The notes: generated by a model not told the origin, from the letters alone. 64,000 nt of DNA from Thermodesulfobacteriota bacterium (GCA_036781285.1 DAIQBH010000001.1:24856-88855), one strand, 5' to 3'; shown: positions 54,021 to 63,969, counted from the first letter of the stretch. Program-made: numbers and translations.

Positions 54021-54635
54021 TCAACGCATGATCAGGACGGGCGTCCCGAGGGGAACCGTGTCGTACAGCTCGTCGACGTGCGGATTCAGCAAGGACACAC
54101 AGCCGAACGTCCAGTCGTCGCCGCGCACGTTCGAGTCCTCGCGATCGGTCCCGTGGATGCCGACGGCGCTCCCGATGCCCGGCGCGCGGCCGTCGATGAT
54201 CGGCACGCGACCTTCACCGAGCGCCATCGCGTATCGATTCCGGTCGTCGTCGTTCGGATAGCTGAGCAGCATGAAGCGGCTCCAGCGCGCGTGTTGCCGC
54301 TTCGCGCTGATGCGATACACGCCCTCCGGTGTCCGGAGATCGCCTTGGTAGACCTTGGGCCCGGACGAGGCGATGCCGAGCACGATCGGATACACCTTCA
54401 CCTGGTGGGTCTTGCGGTAGACGGTGAGCGTTCGCTCCTCCTTGCGGACGATCACGGCGTACTCGCTCCCCTTCGACCACGCGAACGGTTGCGGCGTCGG
54501 CGACGCCGAGGGTGTGGGAGAAGGAAGGACGACCGGAGGCTTCGGAGGTGGGACGAGGAGACTGCACGCGGTGAGCGTGCTCACGACCGACCCCACCACC
54601 AACACTGCCACCACGTTCCGCGACATGGCCAACAT
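54021..54635 (-). CDS. L,D-transpeptidase lipoprotein
   Basis: Lipobox STLTAC, a Pro-rich linker, and a YkuD domain with catalytic WTFGCVSL. The long N-terminal part of the track ORF is rejected. Confidence 0.8.
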   Translation of the reverse strand: MLAMSRNVVAVLVVGSVVSTLTACSLLVPPPKPPVVLPSPTPSASPTPQPFAWSKGSEYAVIVRKEERTLTVYRKTHQVKVYPIVLGIASSGPKVYQGDLRTPEGVYRISAKRQHARWSRFMLLSYPNDDDRNRYAMALGEGRVPIIDGRAPGIGSAVGIHGTDREDSNVRGDDWTFGCVSLLNPHVDELYDTVPLGTPVLIMR

Positions 54636-54689
54636 CGGCAATTTGCAATAGGAAAGAAGGCAGGGCAAGCCGAGTCGCCCTTGTAACCG

Positions 54690-55169
54690 ATGGCGATCGA
54701 TCGATCCGAGCTCCGGCGCGTCATGGGGCACTTCGCAACCGGCGTCACCGTGATCACCACGCGCGACGTCGACGGCAAACCCTACGGTCTCACGGCCAAC
54801 TCGGTCTGCTCGGTTTCGCTCGAGCCTCCCATGCTCCTCGTCTGTGTCGACAAGCGCGCCGAGAGTCATCCCGCGTTCCGCCGTGCCGGGGTGTTCGCGG
54901 TGAACATCCTCGGTCTCGGTCACGAGGAGCTCTCGCGCCGGTTTGCGGCTTCCGGCGGCGACAAGTTCGTCGACGTCGACCACCGCTCGGGCGCTTCCGG
55001 AGCGCCGCTGCTTCATGGAGCGCTCGGCTCCGTCGAATGCCGGGTCGTCGCGATGCACGACGCCGGTGACCACACGATCTTCGTCGGTGAGGTCGAGGAT
55101 CTGGAGGCGGAGGGCGGCGACCCACTGCTGTTTTTTCGAGGGAAGTACCGCCGCTTGAGCGAGGATTGA
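54690..55169 (+). CDS. Flavin reductase-like FMN-binding protein
   Basis: 159 aa (RRVMGHFATGVTVITTRDVDGKPYGLTANSVCSVSLEPPMLLVCV). Confidence 0.85.
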   Translation: MAIDRSELRRVMGHFATGVTVITTRDVDGKPYGLTANSVCSVSLEPPMLLVCVDKRAESHPAFRRAGVFAVNILGLGHEELSRRFAASGGDKFVDVDHRSGASGAPLLHGALGSVECRVVAMHDAGDHTIFVGEVEDLEAEGGDPLLFFRGKYRRLSED

Positions 55170-55228
55170 CCCGCCGAGCTGCAATTTTGCAGGTGGGAAA
55201 CCAACCACTTGCGGTGTAGAACCATCGC

Positions 55229-56800
55229 TTGCGCATGATCTCCAAGCCAGAGCTCGGCATCGTGGTCCTGGCCGCCGGCCGTGGCACCCGGATGCGGTCC
55301 GACCGCGCCAAGGTCCTCCACGGCATCGCGGGAAAACCCTTCATAGTCTCGGTGCTGGAGACCGCTCTGAAGCTCGGCCCCGAACGCCTGGCCATCGTCG
55401 TCGGGCACGAGGCCGAGGAGGTCGAGCGCGTCTGTGAGCGCCATCTCGCGCGGCACACGATCGAGGCCACTGTTTCGTATCCGCGCCAGGTCGAGCAACG
55501 CGGCACCGGCGACGCCGTGCGCGCCGCCGCCGATTCGTTCGAAGACTTCGACGGCGACGTGCTGATCCTCTACGGCGACGTCCCCGGGCTCGCCGCGCCG
55601 ACGCTCGAAGCGTTGGTGGCGCAACACCGCTCGGCCGGCGCGACGCTCTCGCTTCTCACCACGACTGTCGACGAGCCGGCCGGATACGGCCGTATCCTCC
55701 GCAAGCCCGACGGTGGGCTCCGCGGGATCGTCGAGGAGCGCGACCTCGATCCCGCCGATCGTGCCGTCCGCGAGATCAACCCCGGTATCTATTGCGTGCG
55801 ATCACGCGCCCTCTGGCCGGCGCTCGCGCGCTTGCGCGCGGACAACGCGCAGGGCGAGTACTACCTCACCGACATCGTCGCGATGACGGTCGAAGCGGGC
55901 GAACGCGTCGAGACGCGAGCCGTTGTCGACGCCGGTGAGGTCGCGGGCATCAACTCGAGACAAGACATGGCGATGCTGGAACAGCGGGCGCGGCGTGCGC
56001 TCGTCGAGAAGTGGATGCGCGCGGGCGTGACCTTCCGTGACCCCGCGACGGCCTACGTCGAGGAAGAGGTGACGATCGGCCGGGACACCGAGATCGGCCC
56101 GAACGTGCAGCTTCTCGGCCGCACCACTATCGGCGAAGGCTGCACGCTCGACGGCACCGCGTTCCTCCGCGACAGCACGCTCGGCAATGGCGTCCATCTG
56201 CGGCTCGGCGTCGTCATGACCGAGTGCTTGGTCGGCGACGAGGCGATCATCGGTCCCTTCGCGCACCTCCGACCCGGTAGCGAGCTCGGCCCCGCCGTGC
56301 ACATCGGGAACTTCGTCGAAACGAAGAAGGCGAAGCTCGGCCGCGGTACCAAAGCAAACCACCTCACCTATCTCGGCGACTGCGAGATCGGGACGGCGAC
56401 GAACGTCGGTGCCGGTACCATCACCTGCAACTACGACGGGTTCGCGAAGTACCGCACCGTCATCGGCGATCGCGTGCAGATCGGCAGCGACACGCAACTC
56501 GTGGCGCCGGTCCACGTCGGCGACGACGCGTACGTCGGCGCGGGAACGACCGTGACCGGAGACGTGCCTGCGGGCCATCTCGTCGTGAGCCGCGTTCCGC
56601 AACGGATGGTCCCGGGTTGGGTGGAACGCCGGCGGGCACGTGCAAAGACCGGCGCGGCGCCTACGGCGCCGAAGCCGGCGGCCCCGACCGCTCCAAAGCC
56701 GAGCCGAGCGGCAAGGCCCAAGAAATCGACTCCCAAGCGCAAGGTCGTGCGCGCGCGCGGAACGGCGCGCGCTCAGGCCGGGCGGCGAGGTAAGCGCTGA
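55229..56800 (+). CDS. glmU: Bifunctional GlcNAc-1-P uridyltransferase / GlcN-1-P acetyltransferase
   Basis: N-terminal LAAGRGTRM, left-handed beta-helix hexapeptide repeats, plus an Ala/Pro/Lys-rich C-terminal tail. Confidence 0.93.
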   Translation: MRMISKPELGIVVLAAGRGTRMRSDRAKVLHGIAGKPFIVSVLETALKLGPERLAIVVGHEAEEVERVCERHLARHTIEATVSYPRQVEQRGTGDAVRAAADSFEDFDGDVLILYGDVPGLAAPTLEALVAQHRSAGATLSLLTTTVDEPAGYGRILRKPDGGLRGIVEERDLDPADRAVREINPGIYCVRSRALWPALARLRADNAQGEYYLTDIVAMTVEAGERVETRAVVDAGEVAGINSRQDMAMLEQRARRALVEKWMRAGVTFRDPATAYVEEEVTIGRDTEIGPNVQLLGRTTIGEGCTLDGTAFLRDSTLGNGVHLRLGVVMTECLVGDEAIIGPFAHLRPGSELGPAVHIGNFVETKKAKLGRGTKANHLTYLGDCEIGTATNVGAGTITCNYDGFAKYRTVIGDRVQIGSDTQLVAPVHVGDDAYVGAGTTVTGDVPAGHLVVSRVPQRMVPGWVERRRARAKTGAAPTAPKPAAPTAPKPSRAARPKKSTPKRKVVRARGTARAQAGRRGKR

Positions 56801-58626
56801 TGTGCGGAATCATCGGATACGTAGGCGACCGTGACGCGTCTTTCATCCTGGTCCAGGGTCTGAAGCGGCTCGAATACCGCGGTTACGACTCGGCCGGCGT
56901 CGCGACCTTTCACGACGGGCAGATCGGCGTACGCCGCGCGCTCGGCAAGCTCTCGAATCTCGAGAACGTGCTGCGAGAGGATCCCGTGACGGGATCGGTC
57001 GGCATCGGCCACACCCGCTGGGCCACGCATGGCCGGCCGTCCGAGCAGAACGCTCATCCGCACCGCGCCGGGCGGATCGTCGTGATCCACAACGGCATCA
57101 TCGAGAACTATCTCGAGCTCCGCGCGGCGCTGCAGGGGCGCGGTCGGCGTTTCAGCTCCGAAACCGACACCGAGGTCATCTCGCACCTCATCGACGAATG
57201 CGTGCAAGACGGCCTCGAGTTCGTGGCCGCGGCTCGGAAGGCGATCGCGCAGCTCGAAGGGTCGTTCTCGATCGTCGTCATGCACGAGGACTGCCCCGAT
57301 CGTCTGATCGCCGCCAAGAGCGCGACGCCGATCGTGATCGGTCTCGGCGACAACGAGAACTTCATCGCTTCCGACATCCCAGCGATCCTCGACCACACGC
57401 GCCGCGTCCTCTTCCTCGAGGACGGCGAGATGGCCGAGGTCACGCGCGACGTCGTCACCGTCACGACCTTCGCCGGTGAGCCCGTCGTGCGTGAGCCACG
57501 CACCGTCGCGTGGGATCCGGTCACGGCGCAAAAGGGCGGGTACCGTCACTTTCTCCTCAAGGAAATTCACGAGCAACCGCAGGCCATCATCGACACGATG
57601 CGCGGCCGGCTCCTCCAGGAGCAGGCCGACGTCGACCTCGACGAGCTCGCGAACGCACCCTGGCTCACGCAGGCGAAGCGCTTCGTGCTCGTCGCGTGCG
57701 GCACCGCCTGGCATGCGTGTCTCGTCGGCAAGTACTTCCTCGAGCAGATCACGCGCATTCCCGCCGAGGTCGATTACGGCAGCGAGTTCCGCTACCGCGA
57801 CCCCGTCGTCGAGCCTGGGACCGTGCTGATCGTCGTGTCGCAGTCGGGTGAGACCGCCGACACGCTGGCGGCCGTCGAAGCGGCGCGCGAGCGCGGCGCC
57901 AAGGTGCTCGCCATCTGCAACGCGGTCGATTCCAGCATCGCGCGGCGCTCCGACGCCGTGATCTACACACACGCGGGGCCCGAGATCTCGGTCGCGAGCA
58001 CCAAGGCGTTCACGACCCAGCTCACGGTGTTCTATCTGCTCGGCCTCTATCTGGCGCGCCGCCGCGGCATCATCGACCACGATGCCGCCCACTCGCTCAT
58101 TTCCGACCTCGTGAACCTACCGGCCCGCATCGAGGAGACGCTCGAGCGTGAACGATCGATCGAGAAGATCGCCAAGAAGTACGGGGATGCGAAGAGCTTC
58201 CTCTACCTCGGCCGCGGCCTCAACTATCCGATCGCTCTCGAGGGAGCGCTCAAGCTGAAGGAGATCTCCTACATCCACGCCGAAGGCTACGCTGCCGGCG
58301 AGATGAAGCACGGGCCCATCGCGCTCATCAACGAGTCGCTGCCGGTCGTCGTGCTGCTGCCGAAGGACGCGGTCTACGGAAAGACGCTCTCCAACATGAA
58401 GGAGGTCGAGTCGCGCGGCGGGCGAATCATCGTCGTGACCGACGCGCCGTCGCCGGAGCTCGAGGACATCGCCTGGGAGGTCATCCAGGTACCGACCAGC
58501 AACCCGTGTCTTCTCCCGCTCCTCCTCACCATCCCGCTCCAGCTCCTCGCGTACTACATCGCGGTCTATCGCGGCAGCGACGTCGACATGCCGCGCAACC
58601 TCGCGAAAAGCGTCACCGTCGAGTAG
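56800..58626 (+). CDS. glmS: Glutamine-fructose-6-phosphate aminotransferase
   Basis: Starts MCGIIGYVG (N-terminal nucleophile Cys), with two SIS domains. 608 aa. Confidence 0.97.
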   Translation: MCGIIGYVGDRDASFILVQGLKRLEYRGYDSAGVATFHDGQIGVRRALGKLSNLENVLREDPVTGSVGIGHTRWATHGRPSEQNAHPHRAGRIVVIHNGIIENYLELRAALQGRGRRFSSETDTEVISHLIDECVQDGLEFVAAARKAIAQLEGSFSIVVMHEDCPDRLIAAKSATPIVIGLGDNENFIASDIPAILDHTRRVLFLEDGEMAEVTRDVVTVTTFAGEPVVREPRTVAWDPVTAQKGGYRHFLLKEIHEQPQAIIDTMRGRLLQEQADVDLDELANAPWLTQAKRFVLVACGTAWHACLVGKYFLEQITRIPAEVDYGSEFRYRDPVVEPGTVLIVVSQSGETADTLAAVEAARERGAKVLAICNAVDSSIARRSDAVIYTHAGPEISVASTKAFTTQLTVFYLLGLYLARRRGIIDHDAAHSLISDLVNLPARIEETLERERSIEKIAKKYGDAKSFLYLGRGLNYPIALEGALKLKEISYIHAEGYAAGEMKHGPIALINESLPVVVLLPKDAVYGKTLSNMKEVESRGGRIIVVTDAPSPELEDIAWEVIQVPTSNPCLLPLLLTIPLQLLAYYIAVYRGSDVDMPRNLAKSVTVE

Positions 58627-58697
58627 CTCCGAGCCCGAAATCCCGGGCGGCGGCGGCCGTTCCCTCGCTGCCGCCGCCCGGATATGGTCCCAGCAGC

Positions 58698-59870
58698 ATG
58701 ACGCCCAATCTGGTCTCGATCGAGGAAGCGATCGCCGAGATCCGCGCCGGTCGGATGATCGTCCTCATGGACGACGAGGACCGAGAGAACGAGGGCGACA
58801 TCTGCATGGCGGCCGAGAAGGTGTCGCCGGAAGCGATCGCCTTCATGGCCCGGTACGCGCGCGGCCTGATCTGCCTGCCGCTGACCGACGAGAAGCTCGC
58901 CGATCTCGGCCTGCCCATGATGGTGGCCGAGAACAGCACGCCGCTCGGCACCGCGTTCACCCTCTCGATCGACGCCCGTCGCGGCATCGGCTCGGGCATC
59001 TCGGCGGCCGACCGTGCGACGACGATCCTCACCACCGTTCGTGACGGCGCCGGTCCCGGGGACGTCACCAGCCCCGGGCACGTCTTCCCGCTCCGGGCCC
59101 GCCGCGGCGGGGTGCTCGTGCGGACCGGACAGACAGAGGGGTCGGTGGATCTCGCCCGTCTCGCCGGGCTCAAGCCCGCCGGTGTCATCTGCGAGATCAT
59201 GAACGATGACGGCTCGATGGCGCGGCTTCCCGACATCGAGCGCTTCGCGGCGACGCACAATCTCAAGATCGCGACCGTCGCCGACCTCATCCAGTATCGC
59301 CTCCGCCACGACTCGCTCGTCCACCGCATCGCCGAGGCGCGCCTACCGACCCGCTTCGGCGGCGATTTCCGCGCCGTCGTCTACCGGAGCGACGTCGACG
59401 GCGGTGAGCATCTTGCCCTCGTCCGTGGCGAGATCACGCCGGACCAGCCCACGCTGGTCCGCGCCCACGCCGAGTACCTGCCGGGTGACGTCTTCGGTTA
59501 CACGAAGCGCGACACCGGGTCGGTGCTGCAACAAGCGATGCAGATCATCGCCGACGAGGGCCGCGGGGTGGTGCTGTATCTCCGGCGCGAGGAGCACGGC
59601 GTCGACCTCTTCACCGGCGTCGAGGGGAGCACGGGACAGCCGAGCACGAATCCCGGGCTCCGGCTGAACGAGTTCCGTGATTTCGGGATCGGAGCCCAGA
59701 TCCTGCGTGATCTCGGCGTCGGCAAGATCCGTCTGCTCACCAACCACCCGCGCCGGCTGGTGAGCCTACCGGGCTACGGACTCGAGATCGTCGAGCGCGT
59801 CCCGCTCTCCGCGACGCCGACCGCGCCGCCTGCCGACGAAGGGAGCGCGAAGCTCGCCACGCGTCGCTGA
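58698..59870 (+). CDS. ribB: 3,4-dihydroxy-2-butanone-4-phosphate synthase fused to a degenerate GTP cyclohydrolase II-like domain (RibBX type)
   Basis: The RibB domain is intact (RENEGDICMAAE). The C-terminal RibA-like domain lacks all three zinc-ligand Cys: RAHAEYLPGD replaces RVHSECLTGD, and KRDTG replaces CDCG. Confidence 0.85.
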   Translation: MTPNLVSIEEAIAEIRAGRMIVLMDDEDRENEGDICMAAEKVSPEAIAFMARYARGLICLPLTDEKLADLGLPMMVAENSTPLGTAFTLSIDARRGIGSGISAADRATTILTTVRDGAGPGDVTSPGHVFPLRARRGGVLVRTGQTEGSVDLARLAGLKPAGVICEIMNDDGSMARLPDIERFAATHNLKIATVADLIQYRLRHDSLVHRIAEARLPTRFGGDFRAVVYRSDVDGGEHLALVRGEITPDQPTLVRAHAEYLPGDVFGYTKRDTGSVLQQAMQIIADEGRGVVLYLRREEHGVDLFTGVEGSTGQPSTNPGLRLNEFRDFGIGAQILRDLGVGKIRLLTNHPRRLVSLPGYGLEIVERVPLSATPTAPPADEGSAKLATRR

Positions 59871-59880
59871 GCCCCGTCCG

Positions 59881-60465
59881 TCAGTGGAAGGTCAGACCCA
59901 AGAGCCCGAACACGGTGTTGATGCCGGGATTGCTGCTCGACATGCCGGCGTTCGACATGTGCCGGTAGCGGACCTGAAGTCCGAGTGCCACGCCGGGCGA
60001 GATCTCGTACTCGAGCCCGCCGCCGATCGTCGACGTGAACTGGAGGCGCGTGCCGAGATCCTGCTTCCGGAGGTCGGTGTAGACTGCCCCTTCCCCGGCT
60101 TCGAGAAACGGGCGGAGCGCTTGATCGCCGAACACGAGGCGGAAGAAGATCGCGTTGAGACCGATCTCGAAGCTCGACGTCTGGTGCTTCCCGTGATCGT
60201 CGTCGACGTAAGCCGCCCACGGCTCGAGCATCCAGAGCGCCTTGATGCCGTACCGCTCGAACCAGCGCGACACCGGATCCCAGAGCGCGATGCCCGCGTA
60301 CGGGTGGATGGCGTAATATTGAATCACGCTCGACGGGGCCGCACCGCCGCCGGCACGAACGCCCCACTCACGGACGACGAAGCGATCGGCGAGGTCGGCG
60401 CGCGCGAACGTCGTCCAGAGCGAGCACATCAGCGCGGCGAGGACGACCGTACGAGCGAGGCGCAT
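59881..60465 (-). CDS. PagL-like outer-membrane lipid A deacylase / acyloxyacyl hydrolase family protein
   Basis: Signal peptide MRLARTVVLAALMCSLWTTFARA, beta-barrel-like alternating pattern, C-terminal HMSNAG (His-x-Ser), and a terminal aromatic residue. The upstream track extension is rejected. Confidence 0.6.
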   Translation of the reverse strand: MRLARTVVLAALMCSLWTTFARADLADRFVVREWGVRAGGGAAPSSVIQYYAIHPYAGIALWDPVSRWFERYGIKALWMLEPWAAYVDDDHGKHQTSSFEIGLNAIFFRLVFGDQALRPFLEAGEGAVYTDLRKQDLGTRLQFTSTIGGGLEYEISPGVALGLQVRYRHMSNAGMSSSNPGINTVFGLLGLTFH

Positions 60466-60993
60466 ATGGCCGCGAGCCTGTATCCGGTAGCCGAAATCAC
60501 CGCAAGCGAGTCGCCGACGCACGGCGCGGCGCGCCTGCGGCACGCGGTCCTCGCGCTCCTGTGGGTGATCGCGGCGAGCGTCGCGCCGGCCGCCGCGAGC
60601 GCCGCCGGCCCCTCGATCGAAACCACGTGGAAGATCGCGAAGGGCAGCGTGACGGAGGCCGTCCTCACGGTGACCGTCGAAAAGGGGTGGCACGTGAACG
60701 CGAACGATCCCGATCGCCCGTTCCTGATCCCGACGACGCTCGACGTCACGGACGCGGAGAAGGTCGGCGTCGCGAGCATCCGCTACCCGGATGCCGTCGT
60801 GCACGGGCTCGCGTTCGCACCCGGGACGCCCCTCCGGCTTTACGAAGGGACGTTCGCGATCCGTGTCCGCCTCGCCGGCGACGTGCCGCCGCGCTTCGAC
60901 GCGAGCCTCGGGTTCCAAGCCTGCAACGACGAGACGTGCCTCCCGCCACGCACGCTCGCCGTTCCGTTCGACGCGGAAAAGTCGGCGCGATGA
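60466..60993 (+). CDS. DsbD N-terminal-domain-like periplasmic protein
   Basis: Signal-like hydrophobic N-terminus. GWHVNANDP and a C-terminal FQACNDETCLPP Cys pair, typical of the DsbD-alpha fold. Its stop overlaps the hslO start. Confidence 0.55.
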   Translation: MAASLYPVAEITASESPTHGAARLRHAVLALLWVIAASVAPAAASAAGPSIETTWKIAKGSVTEAVLTVTVEKGWHVNANDPDRPFLIPTTLDVTDAEKVGVASIRYPDAVVHGLAFAPGTPLRLYEGTFAIRVRLAGDVPPRFDASLGFQACNDETCLPPRTLAVPFDAEKSAR

Positions 60994-61883
60994 GAGGAGC
61001 GGCGGGCGTGCTCCTCCGTGCGACGGCGGCCGGCGAAACCGTCCGCGCGCTCGCGGCCGTCACCACCGGCGTCGTCGAGGAGGCGCGGCAGCGCCACGGC
61101 ACCTACCCGACCGCTACCGCCGCGCTCGGCCGCACGTTGACGGCCGGTCTTCTCCTGGGCGCGACCATGAAGGACGAGGAGCGCCTCTCGATCGAGCTCG
61201 TCGGCGACGGCCCGCTCCGGCGCGTGATGGTGACGACCGACGGCGACGGGCGCGTGCGCGGCTACGTGACACGCCCGGAAACGCATCTGCCGTCGAAAAA
61301 CGGCAAGCTCGACGTCGCGGGCGCCATCGGCGAGGGCGTCCTCTGTGTCATGCGCACCCAGCCGTGGAACAAGGAGCCGTATCGGAGCGTGATGAAGCTC
61401 GTGTCCGGTGAGATCGCGGAGGACATCACGCACTACCTCGGCACGTCGGAGCAGATGCCCTCGGCCACGGCGCTCGGCGTGTTCGTCAACGCCGACGGCA
61501 CCGTCGGCGCGGCGGGGGGATTTCTCGTCCAGATTCTGAACGGTGCCGCTGGCGAGCTCGCCGAGCTCATCGAAACCAACGTTGCGGCGCTCCCGCACGT
61601 CACGTCCCTCATCCGTCGCGGCGACGGGCCGAAGGAGATTCTCGACGCGGTCCTGCGTGGTCTCGAGCTCCGGGTCATCGCCGACGAGCCGGTGCGCTTC
61701 GGCTGCTCCTGCACGCACGAGCGCGTACTCGGCGCGTTGCTCCTTCTCGGGAAGGACGAGATCGGGGACATGATTCGCACCGAGGGCCGCGCCGAGGTAA
61801 CGTGCGAGTTCTGCGCGGAGCGATACGTCGTCGACCGGGGCGAGCTCGAGGTCCTCGTCCAGGACGCGGCCGGAACCGCCTGA
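60990..61883 (+). CDS. hslO: Redox-regulated chaperone Hsp33
   Basis: 297 aa with the C-terminal zinc centre FGCSCTHERV...CEFCAERY. Confidence 0.9.
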   Translation: MRGAAGVLLRATAAGETVRALAAVTTGVVEEARQRHGTYPTATAALGRTLTAGLLLGATMKDEERLSIELVGDGPLRRVMVTTDGDGRVRGYVTRPETHLPSKNGKLDVAGAIGEGVLCVMRTQPWNKEPYRSVMKLVSGEIAEDITHYLGTSEQMPSATALGVFVNADGTVGAAGGFLVQILNGAAGELAELIETNVAALPHVTSLIRRGDGPKEILDAVLRGLELRVIADEPVRFGCSCTHERVLGALLLLGKDEIGDMIRTEGRAEVTCEFCAERYVVDRGELEVLVQDAAGTA

Positions 61884-61899
61884 AGAAGGAAAGTCGCCG

Positions 61900-62343
61900 A
61901 TGGACGTGACACACGCATTGCTCGGAGAGCACGGGATCGTGCATCTCCTCGTCGAGCAGCTCACGGAGGCGCTCGACCGGTGCGCGACGCTCGGCGAGCT
62001 CCGCGCCGCCTCGGAACCGTTGGCGATCACGCTTCTCGGACACGCCCGCATCGAGGACGAGACGCTGTTCCAACCCTATGAGAAGCACACCGGATCGCTC
62101 GGGCCGCTCAAGTGTCTCCGCCACGAGCACGAGCTCATGGATCAGCAGATCCGCGCCATGTTCCGGCTCCAGGACATGGCCGTGCTCCGCGAGCAGATCC
62201 GCGCCCTCCTCGACGTCACCCGCCGCCATCTCGCACGCGAGGAAGAGGTCATGTTCAAAGCGGCCCGTGACGCGATCGAGAAGGGCGAGCTCGACCATCT
62301 CGGCCAACACTGGGCCGAGTTCCGCGGCGTGATGCTCCGCTAG
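61900..62343 (+). CDS. Hemerythrin-like domain protein
   Basis: 147 aa with His/Glu ligand spacing (HxxxE...H...HxxxE). Confidence 0.75.
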   Translation: MDVTHALLGEHGIVHLLVEQLTEALDRCATLGELRAASEPLAITLLGHARIEDETLFQPYEKHTGSLGPLKCLRHEHELMDQQIRAMFRLQDMAVLREQIRALLDVTRRHLAREEEVMFKAARDAIEKGELDHLGQHWAEFRGVMLR

Positions 62344-63164
62344 ACCGAAGCCTCGGCCGGCGCCCAATCCTTCGCCGGCATCGCCTCGGGAGCCGAGCGC
62401 TCGATCCACGCTTCGAGCAACCCGATGCCGGCAAGACCGGGGAGATCACGGATCGTCGCGTCGATTTTCCGGACGGCGGCGAGCCCTTCCGGCCCGCTGA
62501 AAAGATGACGAGCGAGGAATCGCGTCTCGCTCGCGGGCTGCACTCCGCTCCCGACGGGCGCCCAGAAGCGCTCGATCAACGCGCGCGTCACGCGGGCGGC
62601 ACCGGGACGCCGGAGTCGCCACTCGGCCTGCTTGAAATAGAAATAGAAATGGCGCGACTCGTCGATCGCGATCCGGTCGAGCAGGTCGTGCAATACCGGA
62701 TGGCCCGCCGTGGCCGCCAGGCGTCGATACGCGGTGAGGGCGGTGAGCTCGTTGATCGCGCCCCAGACCATGTGCACCGCGACGAAATCGGGCCACGCCC
62801 GCGCGATCCAGGACGTGAGCCGCGACTCGACGTGCTGCCGCACCGTCATCGCCGAGCGCGGGCGGAGCTCGATCGGGTGACCAGCCGTGCGCACGAAGCG
62901 GGCGAGCGCGATGCCGTGGAAGGTTTCCTCGTAGAGCCAGCACGCGAGAAAGGTCGCCACCTCGGGGTCGTCGATCGCGCGCGTTCCGAGCAGAGAGCGC
63001 AGGTAGATGATCGTGTGGCTCTCGATGTCCTGCATGTAGCGGAGCGCGCGGATCGTCTCGTGCGACAGCGGATGCCGTGGCACCTGGTCCCAAGGAATGG
63101 ATGCGAGATCCACGGCGCGCGAGCGACTGAGGTAGGCGTCGAGATCGAACAGCGAAGCCGTCAT
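62340..63164 (-). CDS. Acyl-ACP desaturase-like di-iron protein (DesA1/DesA2-like)
   Basis: 274 aa with two ExxH di-iron motifs, EETFHG and DESRHF, corresponding to EENRHG/DEKRHE of acyl-ACP desaturases. Confidence 0.65.
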   Translation of the reverse strand: MTASLFDLDAYLSRSRAVDLASIPWDQVPRHPLSHETIRALRYMQDIESHTIIYLRSLLGTRAIDDPEVATFLACWLYEETFHGIALARFVRTAGHPIELRPRSAMTVRQHVESRLTSWIARAWPDFVAVHMVWGAINELTALTAYRRLAATAGHPVLHDLLDRIAIDESRHFYFYFKQAEWRLRRPGAARVTRALIERFWAPVGSGVQPASETRFLARHLFSGPEGLAAVRKIDATIRDLPGLAGIGLLEAWIERSAPEAMPAKDWAPAEASV

Positions 63165-63264
63165 GTGTCACCCCTACGTAGCGAACGCCGCGCCGGATGC
63201 GCCATCGACGTGATCGGGCAATCCAGCGAGTCCCTTTACCGCGTAGCATGCCGGAAGACCTCAG

Positions 63265-63969
63265 GTGGAAACGACCCTCACCCTTCATGCGCCCCGGCGG
63301 AAGCTTATCGACCGCGGCGCGCCCGGGATCTCGTTCGGCGGCGGATCTCGGCAGCGAGCGCGAAATGCTGCTAAGAGCGCGGAGCGGAGCCGCCCCACGA
63401 ACTCGTCCGAGGACATAGAATCCGCGCTCATCGCGCGCATGGTCGCCGGCGACGAGAGCGCCCTCACCGCGCTCTACGACCGATTGTCCTCGTTGGCTTA
63501 CGGCGTCGCGCTCCGGATCGCCGGGAATCCGGACGCCGCGCAAGACGCCGTGCAGGAGGCCTTTCTGCGGGTGTGGCGGCGTGCCGATCGGTTCGACCCG
63601 GCGCGCGGGAGGGCCCGTCCGTGGTTCCTGCGGCTCGTCCGGAACGTCGCCATCGACCAGCGGCGCGCGCGCCGGGTTCGCGATCGGGCCGAAACCGAGA
63701 ACGCGCTCGACGTCGGTCTGAACGTCCCCGCCGAGCAGCCGGACGAAGCCGCGTCGCGGGTCGCGCGCGCCAGCCGCTTGCGGGCGGCGCTCGAGGATCT
63801 GCTACCGATCGATCAACGGCGCGCGATCGAGATCGCCTATTTCGAAGGGCTGTCGCACACCCAGATCGCCGAGCGCGAGGGCATGCCGCTCGGCACCGTG
63901 AAGACGCGCATTCGTGACGGCGTTCTGCGCCTTCGTGCGTTTCTGGCGGGTGAGGGCCATGGCCGCTGA
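63265..63969 (+). CDS. ECF (sigma-70 family group IV) sigma factor
   Basis: Region 2 ([28 protein letters not shown]) and region 4 ([22 protein letters not shown]). The start is uncertain; an alternative lies further in. Confidence 0.8.
   Translation: METTLTLHAPRRKLIDRGAPGISFGGGSRQRARNAAKSAERSRPTNSSEDIESALIARMVAGDESALTALYDRLSSLAYGVALRIAGNPDAAQDAVQEAFLRVWRRADRFDPARGRARPWFLRLVRNVAIDQRRARRVRDRAETENALDVGLNVPAEQPDEAASRVARASRLRAALEDLLPIDQRRAIEIAYFEGLSHTQIAEREGMPLGTVKTRIRDGVLRLRAFLAGEGHGR

Noticed and set aside
58627-58697. FMN riboswitch upstream of ribBX
   Set aside because: Only about 70 nt are available and they fold into a simple GC hairpin. That is too short for the ~140-nt FMN aptamer.
60466-60561. 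Possibility that the DsbD-N-like gene starts later (the track ORF 60561 frame) or belongs to the long antisense ORF 59884..60993
   Set aside because: The 5' part of the 59884 ORF is antisense to the PagL-like gene. Only the portion from the ATG at 60466 encodes a signal-peptide-bearing DsbD-alpha-like domain. Its start remains uncertain and is flagged as such.
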